Numbered from the stretch's first letter, positions 25,046-34,869 are shown. The stretch: 55,164 nt of DNA from Candidatus Kerfeldbacteria bacterium (GCA_016182525.1 JACPGL010000028.1:1-55164), one strand, 5' to 3'. Program-made: numbers and translations. Notes: generated by a model from the letters alone, not told the origin.

Positions 25046-25630
25046 ATGAAAAAAGACTATCTCCTCGATCTGGTACGCTCAAAAAACACCGTTTTCACCA
25101 CCAACGATGTCTCTTTGCTTTGGGGGGAATCAAACATCGCGTTCATCAGAAAAAAAATGTATCGGTACATCAAGGCAGGTAAATTGACCTCCGTTAGAAA
25201 AGGGATCTACGTTAAGGACAAGCAGTATGAGAAGTACGAACTGGCCACAAAAATCTTTACGCCCTCCTACATCAGTTTCGAGACCGTCTTGGCAAGCGCA
25301 GGCGTTACTTTTCAATTTTATAGTCACATTTTTGTCGCCTCGTATTTAACCCGCGAATTGACGATTGATGAACAAATCTATTCGTTCAAGAAAATCAAAG
25401 ACTCCATCCTTACGAACAAAACTGGCATCGAAGTGAGAGATAATTATTTTATCGCCTCACCCGAGAGAGCATTCTTGGATGTTGTCTATCTCAACACCGA
25501 TTACTTCTTTGACAATCTTTCGAATATCAACTGGAAAAAGGTGTCTTCCATTCTCCCGATCTATAACAATAAACGCATGGAAGCAAAAGTGAAAAAATAT
25601 CAGAAAGACACTGAAGAAACTCAAGAATGA
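25046..25630 (+). CDS. abiEi: AbiEi-family antitoxin-like protein (short form)
   Basis: 194-aa ORF; N-terminal wHTH-like ...FTTNDVSLLW...IRKKMYRYIKAGKLTSVRKGIYV; directly upstream of the AbiEii gene. Confidence 0.7.
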   Translation: MKKDYLLDLVRSKNTVFTTNDVSLLWGESNIAFIRKKMYRYIKAGKLTSVRKGIYVKDKQYEKYELATKIFTPSYISFETVLASAGVTFQFYSHIFVASYLTRELTIDEQIYSFKKIKDSILTNKTGIEVRDNYFIASPERAFLDVVYLNTDYFFDNLSNINWKKVSSILPIYNNKRMEAKVKKYQKDTEETQE

Positions 25631-25644
25631 TTTTTTGAAAACGC

Positions 25645-26337
25645 ATGCTCACGATTGAAAAACACAAAAGTATTCTTATCCGGATTCTGAAGGACATCTA
25701 TACCGATAACACGCTCGGCCCTCTTTTAGGATTCAAAGGCGGAACCGCTGCGTTCTTATTCTACGATCTCCCGCGATTTTCGGTCGACCTTGATTTTGAT
25801 TTACTTGATGCGAGTACAGAGGACGAGGTTTTTGAAAAAGTTGGCACGATTCTTTCGGGATATGGAAAAGTCAAGGGGCAAAGAAAAAAATACTACACAT
25901 TATTTTTCGAACTTTCTTATGCCGACGCCGACCAGAACATTAAAGTCGAAATCAGCCGCCGCTCTTTTGAATCAAAATATGAGGTGGTGAACTACTTTGG
26001 TATTTCTATGAACGTGATGGTGAAAGAAGATATGTTTGCAAACAAAATCATGGCTCTCTACGAACGAATGGAACGAGCGAATCGAGACATTTTTGATGTG
26101 TGGTTTTTTCTCCAAAACAACTGGCCAATCAATGTAGAATTGGTTGAGAAGAGAATGGAGCTGCCTTTTCAGGAATTTCTTGCAAAGTGCATTCGAAAAT
26201 TGGAAAAAATCTCAAGCAGGAGTATTTTGGCCGGTATGGGTGAGTTGCTTGATGCCAAACAAAAGGCGTGGGCAAAGGCAAAATTAAAACAAGAGACGCT
26301 TTTTTTGCTCAAGGTGCTGCTTGATCAAAAAAAATAA
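25645..26337 (+). CDS. abiEii: AbiEii/AbiGii-family nucleotidyltransferase toxin
   Basis: 230-aa ORF, LGFKGGTAAFLFYDLPRFSVDLDFDL signature. Confidence 0.85.
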   Translation: MLTIEKHKSILIRILKDIYTDNTLGPLLGFKGGTAAFLFYDLPRFSVDLDFDLLDASTEDEVFEKVGTILSGYGKVKGQRKKYYTLFFELSYADADQNIKVEISRRSFESKYEVVNYFGISMNVMVKEDMFANKIMALYERMERANRDIFDVWFFLQNNWPINVELVEKRMELPFQEFLAKCIRKLEKISSRSILAGMGELLDAKQKAWAKAKLKQETLFLLKVLLDQKK

Positions 26338-26345
26338 TTCTCTCT

Positions 26346-29006
26346 ATGAACGACCTTCCAAAAGCATACGATCCGAAAAACGTCGAGGATGATATCTCAA
26401 GAGCATGGGAAGCATCTGGCTATTTCAACCCAGACACGTTACCCATTCCCAAAAATGCTGAAGCGTTTAGTATTGTACTCCCGCCGCCCACTGTCACCAG
26501 CACACTCCATCTTGGCCACGCGATGTATGTGATTGAAGACGTGATGATTCGCCACGCGCGGATGCAAGGGAAACGCACGCTCTGGCTCCCCGGAATGGAT
26601 CATGCCGCGATCGCCACGCAAAACAAAGTGGAAAGAATCGTATGGGATAAAGAGAAAAAAACGCGTCACGATCTTGGCCGCGAGGAACTTATACGGCGAA
26701 TTGATGCGTTCGTTGCCGACTCTCGCTCCACCATCACAAACCAACTTAAGAAAATGGGATTCTCGCTTGATTGGTCGCGCGAGCGCTTTACGCTCGACCC
26801 GGCGATCTCTCGCGCCGTGCAAAAAATGTTCGTGGACATGCACACAGATGGATTGATCTACCGCGGCTCGCGCATTGTGAACTGGTGCCCGCGCTGCCAA
26901 TCCACCTTGGCCGACGATGAAGTGGAATACAAAGAGGAGCGAACACCTTTCTATTATTTTAAGTACGGCCCGTTCTCTATTGCAACGGTGCGGCCCGAAA
27001 CGAAAATCGGCGACAAGGTGGTGATCGTGCACCCGAAAGACAAACGCTACACGAAATATCACGGCAAAACATTTCCATTGCCGTGGATTGATGGAGATAT
27101 TGAAGCGCGCGTGATCGCCGATGAAGCATCGGATCCTGAACTTGGCTCTGGCGCGATGACCATCACCCCTGCACACAGCTTTGTGGATTTTGAACTCGCA
27201 AAAAAATACGGCATCGAAATTGAAAACATCATTGGGCAAGATGGACGCCTCACAAACGCGGCTGGAAAATACGCCGGTCTCACGACGCAAGAGGCGAGAA
27301 AAAAGTTTGTTGAAATTCTCCAAAAAAAAGGCCTTGTCGAGAAAATTGACGAAAACTACACACACAATCTCACGGTCTGTTACCGCTGCGGCACGGCCGT
27401 TGAACCGCTTGTAAGCCCGCAGTGGTTTGTGGACGTGAACAAACCTGTCGTGACATGGAAGGGCGTAAAAAAAAGTCTGAAAGACGTGGCGATCGAGGTC
27501 GTGAAATCCGGCGACATCGAAATCATCCCTGACCGATTCGAAAAAACGTATTTTCAATGGATAGAGAATCTCCACGACTGGTGCATCTCGCGGCAGTTGT
27601 GGTATGGCCATCGTATCCCGGTGTGGTATTGCGTTGGCGACGAACATGAAGGCGCGGTGTGCAAACTGGAATGCCGGCAGCCGGTCGTGCAGACTGACCA
27701 TCCTATAGAATGCCGCTACTGCGGCTCAAAAAATCTTCGCCAAGATCCTGACACGCTCGACACGTGGTTCTCAAGCGGGATGTGGACGTTCACAACGCTC
27801 GGCTGGCCGGAGAAAACACGCGACCTGAAAACATTTCACCCGACAAACGTGCTCGAAACCGGCTACGACATTTTGTTCTTTTGGGTGGCGCGCATGATTC
27901 TCATGACAACGTATGCGACCGGCGAGGTTCCCTTCCGCACGGTGTACTTGCACGGGTTAGTGCGCGACAAGGAAGGCCGCAAGATGTCGAAGTCGCTCGG
28001 CAATATCATTGACCCGCTCGACATGTCGGCAAAGTACGGCACCGATGCGTTGCGGCTTGCGCTCATGACCGGAACGACTCCGGGGAATGACGTGAACTTG
28101 TACGAAGAAAAAATCGCCGGTTACCGAAATTTTGTGAATAAATTTTGGAACATCGCGCGGTTTATCCTGACCACTGTTGAGACACCACGCTACGTAGACA
28201 CCATGCCGACACTCGCGACAGATGCCGATCGTTGGATCATCTCGCGCCTGCACGAAACGACGAGAGGCGTGAACAAACTCATGGATAAATATCAGTATGG
28301 GTTGGCTATTGAAAAGCTCTATCGCTTCACGTGGAACGACTTGGCCGACTGGTACCTCGAAATCGCGAAAGTGGAACGCCCCGTCATTGCGAGCGAAGCG
28401 AAGCAATCCCCTCTCCTCCTCTTCATTCTCCAAAACCTCCTCAAACTCTGGCACCCGTACGCGCCGTTCATTACCGAGCATGTGTACCAAATGCTCAATG
28501 GGCATCCAAAAAATATGCTCATGATCGAAACATGGCCGAACGAGAAAACCACACAGACCACATTCGCGCATGAATCAGAGCGAGCAATCTTGGCCATGCA
28601 AGACATCGTGAATGCGATCCGCGAAAAACGGTCGTGGCTTGCCATCCCCTACACAACAACACTCGAACTCTCAGGCAAGATGGGAAAAGCAAAGGGGCTC
28701 GAACATCTCATCGAGCATTTCGGCAAGGTGAAGATGGTGAAGAAGCCACAAGGAAAAACGCTCGCGCTCACGAATGGCTTATCCCTTTCCGGATTTACTG
28801 GCGTAAACTTTGAAAAAGAACACGCCAAAACCAAAAAGGAACTCAAGAATCTCGAAGGTTATATCACTGGCCTCGCAAAAAAACTCGCGAACGAAAAATT
28901 CACCTCCAACGCCCCGAAAAACATCATCGAACAAGAACGCGCCAAACTCGAAGCTGCCACCGAACGCGTAAAAGACTTGAAAAATAAACTGAAGCAACTC
29001 ACGTAA
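26346..29006 (+). CDS. valS: Valine--tRNA ligase
   Basis: 886-aa ORF; HIGH-type PPPTVTSTLHLGHAM, KMSKS RKMSKSLGN, C-terminal coiled coil. Confidence 0.97.
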   Translation: MNDLPKAYDPKNVEDDISRAWEASGYFNPDTLPIPKNAEAFSIVLPPPTVTSTLHLGHAMYVIEDVMIRHARMQGKRTLWLPGMDHAAIATQNKVERIVWDKEKKTRHDLGREELIRRIDAFVADSRSTITNQLKKMGFSLDWSRERFTLDPAISRAVQKMFVDMHTDGLIYRGSRIVNWCPRCQSTLADDEVEYKEERTPFYYFKYGPFSIATVRPETKIGDKVVIVHPKDKRYTKYHGKTFPLPWIDGDIEARVIADEASDPELGSGAMTITPAHSFVDFELAKKYGIEIENIIGQDGRLTNAAGKYAGLTTQEARKKFVEILQKKGLVEKIDENYTHNLTVCYRCGTAVEPLVSPQWFVDVNKPVVTWKGVKKSLKDVAIEVVKSGDIEIIPDRFEKTYFQWIENLHDWCISRQLWYGHRIPVWYCVGDEHEGAVCKLECRQPVVQTDHPIECRYCGSKNLRQDPDTLDTWFSSGMWTFTTLGWPEKTRDLKTFHPTNVLETGYDILFFWVARMILMTTYATGEVPFRTVYLHGLVRDKEGRKMSKSLGNIIDPLDMSAKYGTDALRLALMTGTTPGNDVNLYEEKIAGYRNFVNKFWNIARFILTTVETPRYVDTMPTLATDADRWIISRLHETTRGVNKLMDKYQYGLAIEKLYRFTWNDLADWYLEIAKVERPVIASEAKQSPLLLFILQNLLKLWHPYAPFITEHVYQMLNGHPKNMLMIETWPNEKTTQTTFAHESERAILAMQDIVNAIREKRSWLAIPYTTTLELSGKMGKAKGLEHLIEHFGKVKMVKKPQGKTLALTNGLSLSGFTGVNFEKEHAKTKKELKNLEGYITGLAKKLANEKFTSNAPKNIIEQERAKLEAATERVKDLKNKLKQLT
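28383..28408. repeat. Family-1 repeat module inside valS, in-frame (translated VIASEAKQS)
   Basis: GTCATTGCGAGCGAAGCGAAGCAATC, same module as 29036, 22370 and 41540/41595. Confidence 0.7.
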
Positions 29007-29035
29007 CCATTCGAGGGCGAAGTTGCTCAAAATAG

Positions 29036-29067
29036 TCATTGCGAGGAACGAAGTGACGAAGCAATCT
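29036..29067. repeat. Family-1 repeat module 30 nt downstream of the valS stop
   Basis: GTCATTGCGAGGAACGAAGTGACGAAGCAATC. Confidence 0.7.
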
Positions 29068-29178
29068 TTCTCAAAGCGAAGAGGGGCCTCGGCGACGGAC
29101 GTTCCGTTGCCTTGGCCCCTTCGAGGTCCACGAGCTCTTCCAGAGCATCTGCTCGTGACCTCAGTTCGATCCGAGAGT

Positions 29179-29445
29179 TCAGCCTACCCGCGCGGTGGAC
29201 TTGGGAGGAGGACTCGATTTCATCCCCTCCACCTCCATGAGCGCGAGGACGATCGCGAAGTGGATCATGAAGCCGACGGCGACTGCCGTCATAACGCAGC
29301 TCACCGCCAGTAAGACTACGTCGTAGGAAGTTTCCGCATCCGACTGACAGATGACCGTACCAGCCAATAGGCCAGCGAGAGCGGCTGATACGAGGAACCA
29401 CTCTTTGTAGCCCATCATGTTCTCCCGCTCTGGAAGCCGCGACAC
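29179..29445 (-). CDS. Hypothetical small membrane protein (2 TM)
   Basis: 88-aa ORF with WFLVSAALAGLLAGTVI and VVLLAVSCVMTAVAVGFMIHFAIVLAL; no family recognised. Confidence 0.35.
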   Translation of the reverse strand: MSRLPERENMMGYKEWFLVSAALAGLLAGTVICQSDAETSYDVVLLAVSCVMTAVAVGFMIHFAIVLALMEVEGMKSSPPPKSTARVG

Positions 29446-29723
29446 ATGGCCTCAAGAGCGAAGCAGCTCAGCATAGAATAACGTAACGAGCCTGTCAACC
29501 CAGAAATCGTCTTTCTGCTTTATCTTAGCGAAAATTCAATCTCTCCCCTTGACAACCCACTCAAAATATGGGAAGGTTTTCCGTTATCAATTACATCCCC
29601 AGCGTTTTCTTCGCGTGATTCAACCACCAGGAGAACAGTGGGGGTGTCTTCGATGATCATCGAAGAAATTTCTCACACCAGAGAACGTCGTGGTCCAAAC
29701 CATAGACGTTTGAGGAGAGCATC

Positions 29724-30260
29724 ATGAAGCATCGCAGCGTTCTCGGACTGGTGGGACTCGCTTTCGCCCTTGCGATGGTGATCGGTTGCAGCGAGGCGGA
29801 GCCGAAGCTCAAGCCCGGTGAGTGCCGGCTGATCTCGGATAATCGCGTCATCACCCAGGCAAATGCGTTGGGTATCGGTCGCGTGACTCGCGACGGCAGG
29901 TATGCCTATGACGTGACCGCAGATACGCTGCTTGTCGTCTGGGGTGACTGCAATATCCGATTTCAGCCTGTCGCAGGCAGAATCATCGACATGGATAAGG
30001 ATCTCTCAGCCTATCAGGCAGAGAAGGTCTGCGGCGACGAGTGGGTATACTCGGACTGCATCCGAGTCGCGAATAATCTGTTCCCCTCCGACTTCTCCGA
30101 TACGACGAGGGTAATACGAACGATCAAAATCGAGGAGACCAGGTCAACGGATTCTACGCTCGTTCCTCTCAACACTCTCGATCCGACCCGACGATGGAGT
30201 ATCGGGAGACATCTAGGAGTGTTCATCGCCTTCTCGAGGAGCATGTGCGCCGATCAGTAG
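29724..30260 (+). CDS. Hypothetical lipoprotein
   Basis: 178-aa ORF with signal peptide and lipobox MKHRSVLGLVGLAFALAMVIG-C; SD-like GAGGAG upstream. Confidence 0.65.
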   Translation: MKHRSVLGLVGLAFALAMVIGCSEAEPKLKPGECRLISDNRVITQANALGIGRVTRDGRYAYDVTADTLLVVWGDCNIRFQPVAGRIIDMDKDLSAYQAEKVCGDEWVYSDCIRVANNLFPSDFSDTTRVIRTIKIEETRSTDSTLVPLNTLDPTRRWSIGRHLGVFIAFSRSMCADQ

Positions 30261-30476
30261 ATGAGTAGCCGCACGAATCGTAACCTCTTCCTCAAGAAGG
30301 AAGAATGTTATGCGGCGCTGATGCTGAGTCATGTTCTACGCGAGCAACACCCCGACCTTGGAGAAGTCGGGGTGAATGATCTTTCCCTCCAACTTCTGGT
30401 GGTTGACTTTTGTTTTATGATTGGTATGATACAAATGGTGGCAACGATCGTCACCGTGCTCTTTCACAAGCGATAG
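30261..30476 (+). CDS. Hypothetical small protein with hydrophobic C-terminus
   Basis: 71-aa ORF whose ATG immediately follows the lipoprotein stop codon. Confidence 0.3.
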   Translation: MSSRTNRNLFLKKEECYAALMLSHVLREQHPDLGEVGVNDLSLQLLVVDFCFMIGMIQMVATIVTVLFHKR

Positions 30477-30512
30477 AATGATATCGCACCACCTTTCTAG
30501 GATTGGAGAATC

Positions 30513-31037
30513 ATGAACATGTTTGAAATACCGATGGGACAGAGAATTGAACGCAGATTGTTTGGACTGTTAGACGAAGAGATTCGCGCGCAGGAGCCGG
30601 CTTGCTACCAAGGCTACTATGCTTCACAAGAATTTGTGAAGGCAGGTACGCTATGGAAACCGAGTTGGGCACAAACGGAATTCCTCTGTGACCTGCAACG
30701 CAATCTTGTAGAAAAGATGCGACTCCGTGATACGTCATGTGTCGAGTGCTACACTTCACTCTATACAAACCTTGACCGCTACCACGGGATCGACGCTTTT
30801 CTCGTCATCACGCTTGGCCCGGGGAAAATCGAAACCGTTACACTCGATGTGACGGCTCGCGAGGACAAGTTTGAGAGACGAAAAGAGTATTCGGCGAATA
30901 TCGTTTTTCTCGCACAATACGAAGACATGACGTCACGAGCGCTACGCTCCAAAGCGTCCGGTCTTGCGGATGAGATTGTGGCACATCTTCTAACGCCACA
31001 GTATCTCCGCCGGTCGATACGATACGCACGATCGTAA
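30513..31037 (+). CDS. Hypothetical protein
   Basis: 174-aa ORF, GGAG 4 nt before the ATG; no family recognised. Confidence 0.55.
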   Translation: MNMFEIPMGQRIERRLFGLLDEEIRAQEPACYQGYYASQEFVKAGTLWKPSWAQTEFLCDLQRNLVEKMRLRDTSCVECYTSLYTNLDRYHGIDAFLVITLGPGKIETVTLDVTAREDKFERRKEYSANIVFLAQYEDMTSRALRSKASGLADEIVAHLLTPQYLRRSIRYARS

Positions 31038-31104
31038 CCGCCAACCATAACGAGCCTGCCCATTATCGAGATTACACGTCTCTTTCGGAACGGCTCGTTT
31101 TCCT

Positions 31105-32835
31105 TTATTTCTCTTCGGCGACACGGAAGACTTCGTCGACGGTCGTGATGCCGTCAATTGCTTTAAGCAATCCATCTTGCACCATTGAAATCATGCCGCC
31201 CTGCGCCGCAAGCTCGCGCATCTCATACTCCGAGACTTTACCAGAGAGAATGACGCGTTCAATATCCGCACTCATAGTGAAAATTTCGTAAATGCCAACG
31301 CGGCCTTTGTACCCGAGTGAGCGACACGCAGCGCATCCACGCCCGTGCACAAATTTCACGCTCGCAAGATCATTCGCCTTTGCCTTTTCCTCCGACCCTT
31401 CAGGTAAGGACGACAAAATCTCTTTAACGCGTTCAAGCACAGCGGGCTCGAGTGCTACCTCCTCTTTGCATTCTTCGCACACGCGCCGAACCAACCGCTG
31501 CCCGATCACTGCGTTCAAGGCCGGCGCAAGCAAAAACGGCTTCACGCCCATAGAGAGGAACCGCGGAATCGCGCCGGCCGCGTCGTTCGTGTGCAAAGTC
31601 GACACAACAAGGTGGCCAGTCAACGCGGCTTGAATCGCAATCTCAGCAGTTTCCAAATCTCGCACCTCACCAATCATCAAAATATCCGGATCTTGCCGCA
31701 AGAGCGAGCGCAACCCGCGAGCAAAACTGTATCCAGCCTCGGCATCCACTTGGCTCTGATTCACGCCCGCGAGCTTGTATTCGATCGGATCTTCCATCGT
31801 CAAAATCTTGACGCCCGGTGTGTTCAACTTTTTCAAGATGGCATAGAGGGTTGTCGTTTTCCCAGATCCTGTTGGCCCGGTGGTCATAATCATGCCGTTC
31901 GGCCGTTCGACTTCGCGTTTCAAATCTTGATATGCACGACCGCGAATCCCCAAATCTTCAAACGCCATCGCTGTTGCCGAACCGCGCAGCAGCCGCATCA
32001 CCACACTTTCGCCATACGAGGTTGGAACCGACGACACACGGATTTCGATCTTTTCGCCCTTGAGCTGAATCGTGATGCGCCCATCTTGCGGCGTGTTCGT
32101 CACATTGATTTTCATTTTCGCCACCACCTTGATGCGTGAGATGATCTTTTTCCAGAAATCTTTGGGCACGGATGCGGCGTCTTGCAAAATTCCATCGATG
32201 CGGTAGCGGATTTTGACATCGGTCTCTTCAGCTTCAATGTGAATATCACTGGCGTCCGAAACGATTCCGCCCACGAGAATCGCCGTAAACGCTTCGGTCA
32301 TGTTCACGTCTTTCAACAGCCCGGCAACGTCAGCAAACGAATGCACGCGCGATTGGTAATTTTCGAATTCGGAATCGGTAATTTCGTAGTTTGTCTTGAT
32401 CGCAACAAACTTCGGCAACTTTTTATAGGCCGCAAGAGCGCGCTTCAAACTCTCTTCAGAAATTTGGTACACGGCAACCGTTGCCTTGCGTTCACTTTGG
32501 AGCTCTTCGACAAGATTTTGCACGTCATCAGATTCTGGCTGGAGCGACCCTAAACGAATATCCTGATCCGTTGCCAAAAAGCACACGGTTTTGAGTTCGC
32601 GCGCGCGCGCTTCGGGAATCATCCCAATCGCTTCAACGCCAATAGGGAAATCGCCAAGCGAAATGTACGGCACGCCGAGCTCGGCCGCTTGGGCTTGGGC
32701 TTCGCCTTCGAGCGCTTCAACCTCGAGTTGCCGCTTCTTCTCTTTATATGCTTCGCGAACATCGTCAGACGCTATCTTCAAAGGCGCGGAAGACACTTTG
32801 TCCGTTTGGAATGAATTGTATGTAGAAGTTGTCAC
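31105..32835 (-). CDS. pilB: Type IV pilus / type II secretion assembly ATPase (PilB/GspE family)
   Basis: 576-aa ORF; Walker A TGPTGSGKTT, Asp box, Walker B ILMIGEVRD, tetracysteine CEECK...CAAC; GTG start. Confidence 0.9.
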   Translation of the reverse strand: MTTSTYNSFQTDKVSSAPLKIASDDVREAYKEKKRQLEVEALEGEAQAQAAELGVPYISLGDFPIGVEAIGMIPEARARELKTVCFLATDQDIRLGSLQPESDDVQNLVEELQSERKATVAVYQISEESLKRALAAYKKLPKFVAIKTNYEITDSEFENYQSRVHSFADVAGLLKDVNMTEAFTAILVGGIVSDASDIHIEAEETDVKIRYRIDGILQDAASVPKDFWKKIISRIKVVAKMKINVTNTPQDGRITIQLKGEKIEIRVSSVPTSYGESVVMRLLRGSATAMAFEDLGIRGRAYQDLKREVERPNGMIMTTGPTGSGKTTTLYAILKKLNTPGVKILTMEDPIEYKLAGVNQSQVDAEAGYSFARGLRSLLRQDPDILMIGEVRDLETAEIAIQAALTGHLVVSTLHTNDAAGAIPRFLSMGVKPFLLAPALNAVIGQRLVRRVCEECKEEVALEPAVLERVKEILSSLPEGSEEKAKANDLASVKFVHGRGCAACRSLGYKGRVGIYEIFTMSADIERVILSGKVSEYEMRELAAQGGMISMVQDGLLKAIDGITTVDEVFRVAEEK

Positions 32836-32883
32836 TCCTTGAGTATATCAAAAAACACCCAAAACAAAAAGGATATTTGCGAC

Positions 32884-33032
32884 ATCACCCGCAAAGGATG
32901 CTGCGAAGGGATCCCGCAGCGCGAGCGGCCACGGTGTCTCCGCCGCAGGCGGAGACGAGCGAGCGCGAGGCAAAGCGCGATTTCCCCGGTGGGGAAATCG
33001 ACGCGGCCCGTAGCAGCGTCTTTGCGGGTGAT
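32884..33032. repeat. 149-bp GC-rich inverted-repeat element (family B, copy 2)
   Basis: ATCACCCGCAAAGGATGCTGCGAAGGGATCCCG...GAGCGAGCGCGAGGCAAAG...CTTTGCGGGTGAT; ends and core match 6298..6504. Confidence 0.75.
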
Positions 33033-33086
33033 TGAAGCGGGGGACGATTCTGGTGCCGCGTGAAGGATTTTTCCTTTCCTCTCTTT

Positions 33087-34226
33087 TTATTGCCCACTCT
33101 TGCCTGTCTTGGAACGCACGTGCTCTAGAATCTTGGCCTCTGCGTCTTTGATGGGCATGTTCGCGACGCGAATGCGCGTAAAGTCTTTGCTCCCTTTTGG
33201 TTCAAACGGTTCAAAAAACTCCAGCGCGTTGATATGCGCCGGTGTGTACACAATGCCAGTTGCGCCATCGCCTTCTTCGTACAACACCATTACAAATTCG
33301 GATTCAGGTGTGTTGATGATTAGCTCGTCAATTACGCTTTCCAACGCATCGGTATCAGTGCCAGCGCGATCAAAATCCTCTTTCTTCAGCACAGACCACA
33401 CCATCTTCATTTGATCATCCGAATGTAATCGCGCAAGCACGCGTCCCCACAACCGCAACACCGGAATGGATTTGGTTTGGTACAAATGGCGCACAATGTC
33501 GTCTCGCCGCGCGCCAGAAGAAATCAAGTGCGACGCAATCGACAAAGACTTGGGCGTCACGGTCGACGTCTGAAAACTCTTGGTCTTTGAAATAATCCCA
33601 GCCAAGAGATGCGTGGCAAGATACTCATCCAGCGCGTGCTCGTCGATTTTTTTAATCAAATCAAAAATAATTTCAGATGTGGAGGTTGCCGTCAAATCCA
33701 CGATATTAATTTCTCCAAAATGCTCGTTCGACGCACTGTGATCAATGTTCACGACAGGGGTGTGATAAAAAAACTCGGCATTGGTGTCGTACAGTTTGCC
33801 AAGTGATTCCAAATCCGGCGCATCCACAACAAAAATCAAATCAAAGGCGTAATCAGATGAGCCAAACGTCACATCCCGTTCGCGAAAAAATCCGCTCTTC
33901 GGGGTAATGAAAATCTGGAGCGTCTTGTCCTTGATATCGTAACTCAACTCTTCCACCGGCGTTTGCGAAACATCCAAGTTGATGACGAACTTTTTCAGGG
34001 ACGTTAAATCGCTCTCGATCTCCCGACTTTTTGGCAAGAGGTGTTCGGATGGGAAAACGTTCACATTCTCAGCCACGACTTTTACGTTTTTGCCTTCTTT
34101 CCCTAAGACCTCGGAGAGGGCAAGACTCGACGCAATCGCATCGAGCGACGGGTCGCGAGCAAGAGCGATGAGAACGTTTTTCGCTTTGGTGATCTGTTCG
34201 ATTGTTTGGTCGATCGGTGAGTGCAT
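33087..34226 (-). CDS. DHH-family phosphoesterase paralogue with degenerate catalytic motifs
   Basis: Same architecture as 9073..10044, but DPSLDAIASS replaces DGDTIGS and NIDHSASN replaces NIDHH; start at Met32 supported by TTGACG-17-TATAGT 10 nt upstream. Confidence 0.7.
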   Translation of the reverse strand: MHSPIDQTIEQITKAKNVLIALARDPSLDAIASSLALSEVLGKEGKNVKVVAENVNVFPSEHLLPKSREIESDLTSLKKFVINLDVSQTPVEELSYDIKDKTLQIFITPKSGFFRERDVTFGSSDYAFDLIFVVDAPDLESLGKLYDTNAEFFYHTPVVNIDHSASNEHFGEINIVDLTATSTSEIIFDLIKKIDEHALDEYLATHLLAGIISKTKSFQTSTVTPKSLSIASHLISSGARRDDIVRHLYQTKSIPVLRLWGRVLARLHSDDQMKMVWSVLKKEDFDRAGTDTDALESVIDELIINTPESEFVMVLYEEGDGATGIVYTPAHINALEFFEPFEPKGSKDFTRIRVANMPIKDAEAKILEHVRSKTGKSGQ

Positions 34227-34354
34227 ACGATAGATTACTATACGTGAGGATTTTGTGGACGTCAAGAACAAAGAGTGGAAAAGCATCCCCTCCTCGCGTC
34301 CATGATTTATGAAGGACAAGCCATCCTACATGTTCCGCGAAATCCTGTCAACTC

Positions 34355-34383
34355 TTTACAAAAAGAGGGGTAAAACGTAAGCT
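34355..34383 (+). promoter_or_regulatory. tsaE promoter TTTACA-17-TAAGCT, -10 ends 6 nt before the ATG
   Basis: cTTTACAaaaagaggggtaaaacgTAAGCTacggacATG. Confidence 0.5.
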
Positions 34384-34389
34384 ACGGAC

Positions 34390-34869
34390 ATGTCTGTCTC
34401 GATCACCCAATCTGCGAAGGAAACACAAAAACTCGCTGCGAAACTGGCACAAAACTGCCGCGGCGGGGAGGTGTTTTGCCTGTCGGGCGAGCTTGGCGCC
34501 GGAAAAACCACCTTTGTGCAAGGATTTGCAAAAGCCCTCGGGATCGCGGCTGCCATCACCAGCCCGACGTTTGTCTTGGAGAAAATCTACCCCATCCGCA
34601 CTCACTCTACGGTGACGCGGCTTGTGCATGTCGATGCCTACCGCATCGGCACCGACGCCACTCCGCCGCTCGACCTCACCGATCACCTCAATGACCCACA
34701 CACGATCGTTCTCATCGAATGGCCTGACCACCTCTCCTCCCTTCTCCAAAATGTTGAGTATAATAATGTAACTTTTCGGGTTGTTGATCCCGGTGAAAGA
34801 GAAATTGAGATAAAGGAATACTACGGACAGTGGCGGGTGGCAGCGGGAAAGCGGTCACACCGAGCGTAG
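34390..34869 (+). CDS. tsaE: tRNA t6A biosynthesis ATPase TsaE
   Basis: 159-aa ORF, Walker A GELGAGKTTFVQG, SPTF, HVDAYR; the C-terminal about 15 aa run into a GC-rich repeat. Confidence 0.85.
   Translation: MSVSITQSAKETQKLAAKLAQNCRGGEVFCLSGELGAGKTTFVQGFAKALGIAAAITSPTFVLEKIYPIRTHSTVTRLVHVDAYRIGTDATPPLDLTDHLNDPHTIVLIEWPDHLSSLLQNVEYNNVTFRVVDPGEREIEIKEYYGQWRVAAGKRSHRA

Noticed and set aside
26439-27701. 420-aa minus-strand ORF inside valS; similar long antisense ORFs at 24113..24970 (ribBA), 11295..12218 (infB), 6505..7140 (rny), 36797..37540 and 37559..38032
   Set aside because: All are antisense to genes with unambiguous conserved motifs. Their translations are Arg/His/Phe-rich with no motifs, which is typical of shadow frames.
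29484-31056. 11-12-nt direct match (TAACGAGCCTG) on both sides of the lipoprotein gene block
   Set aside because: Matches of this length are expected many times by chance in 55 kb. There is no further flank similarity.
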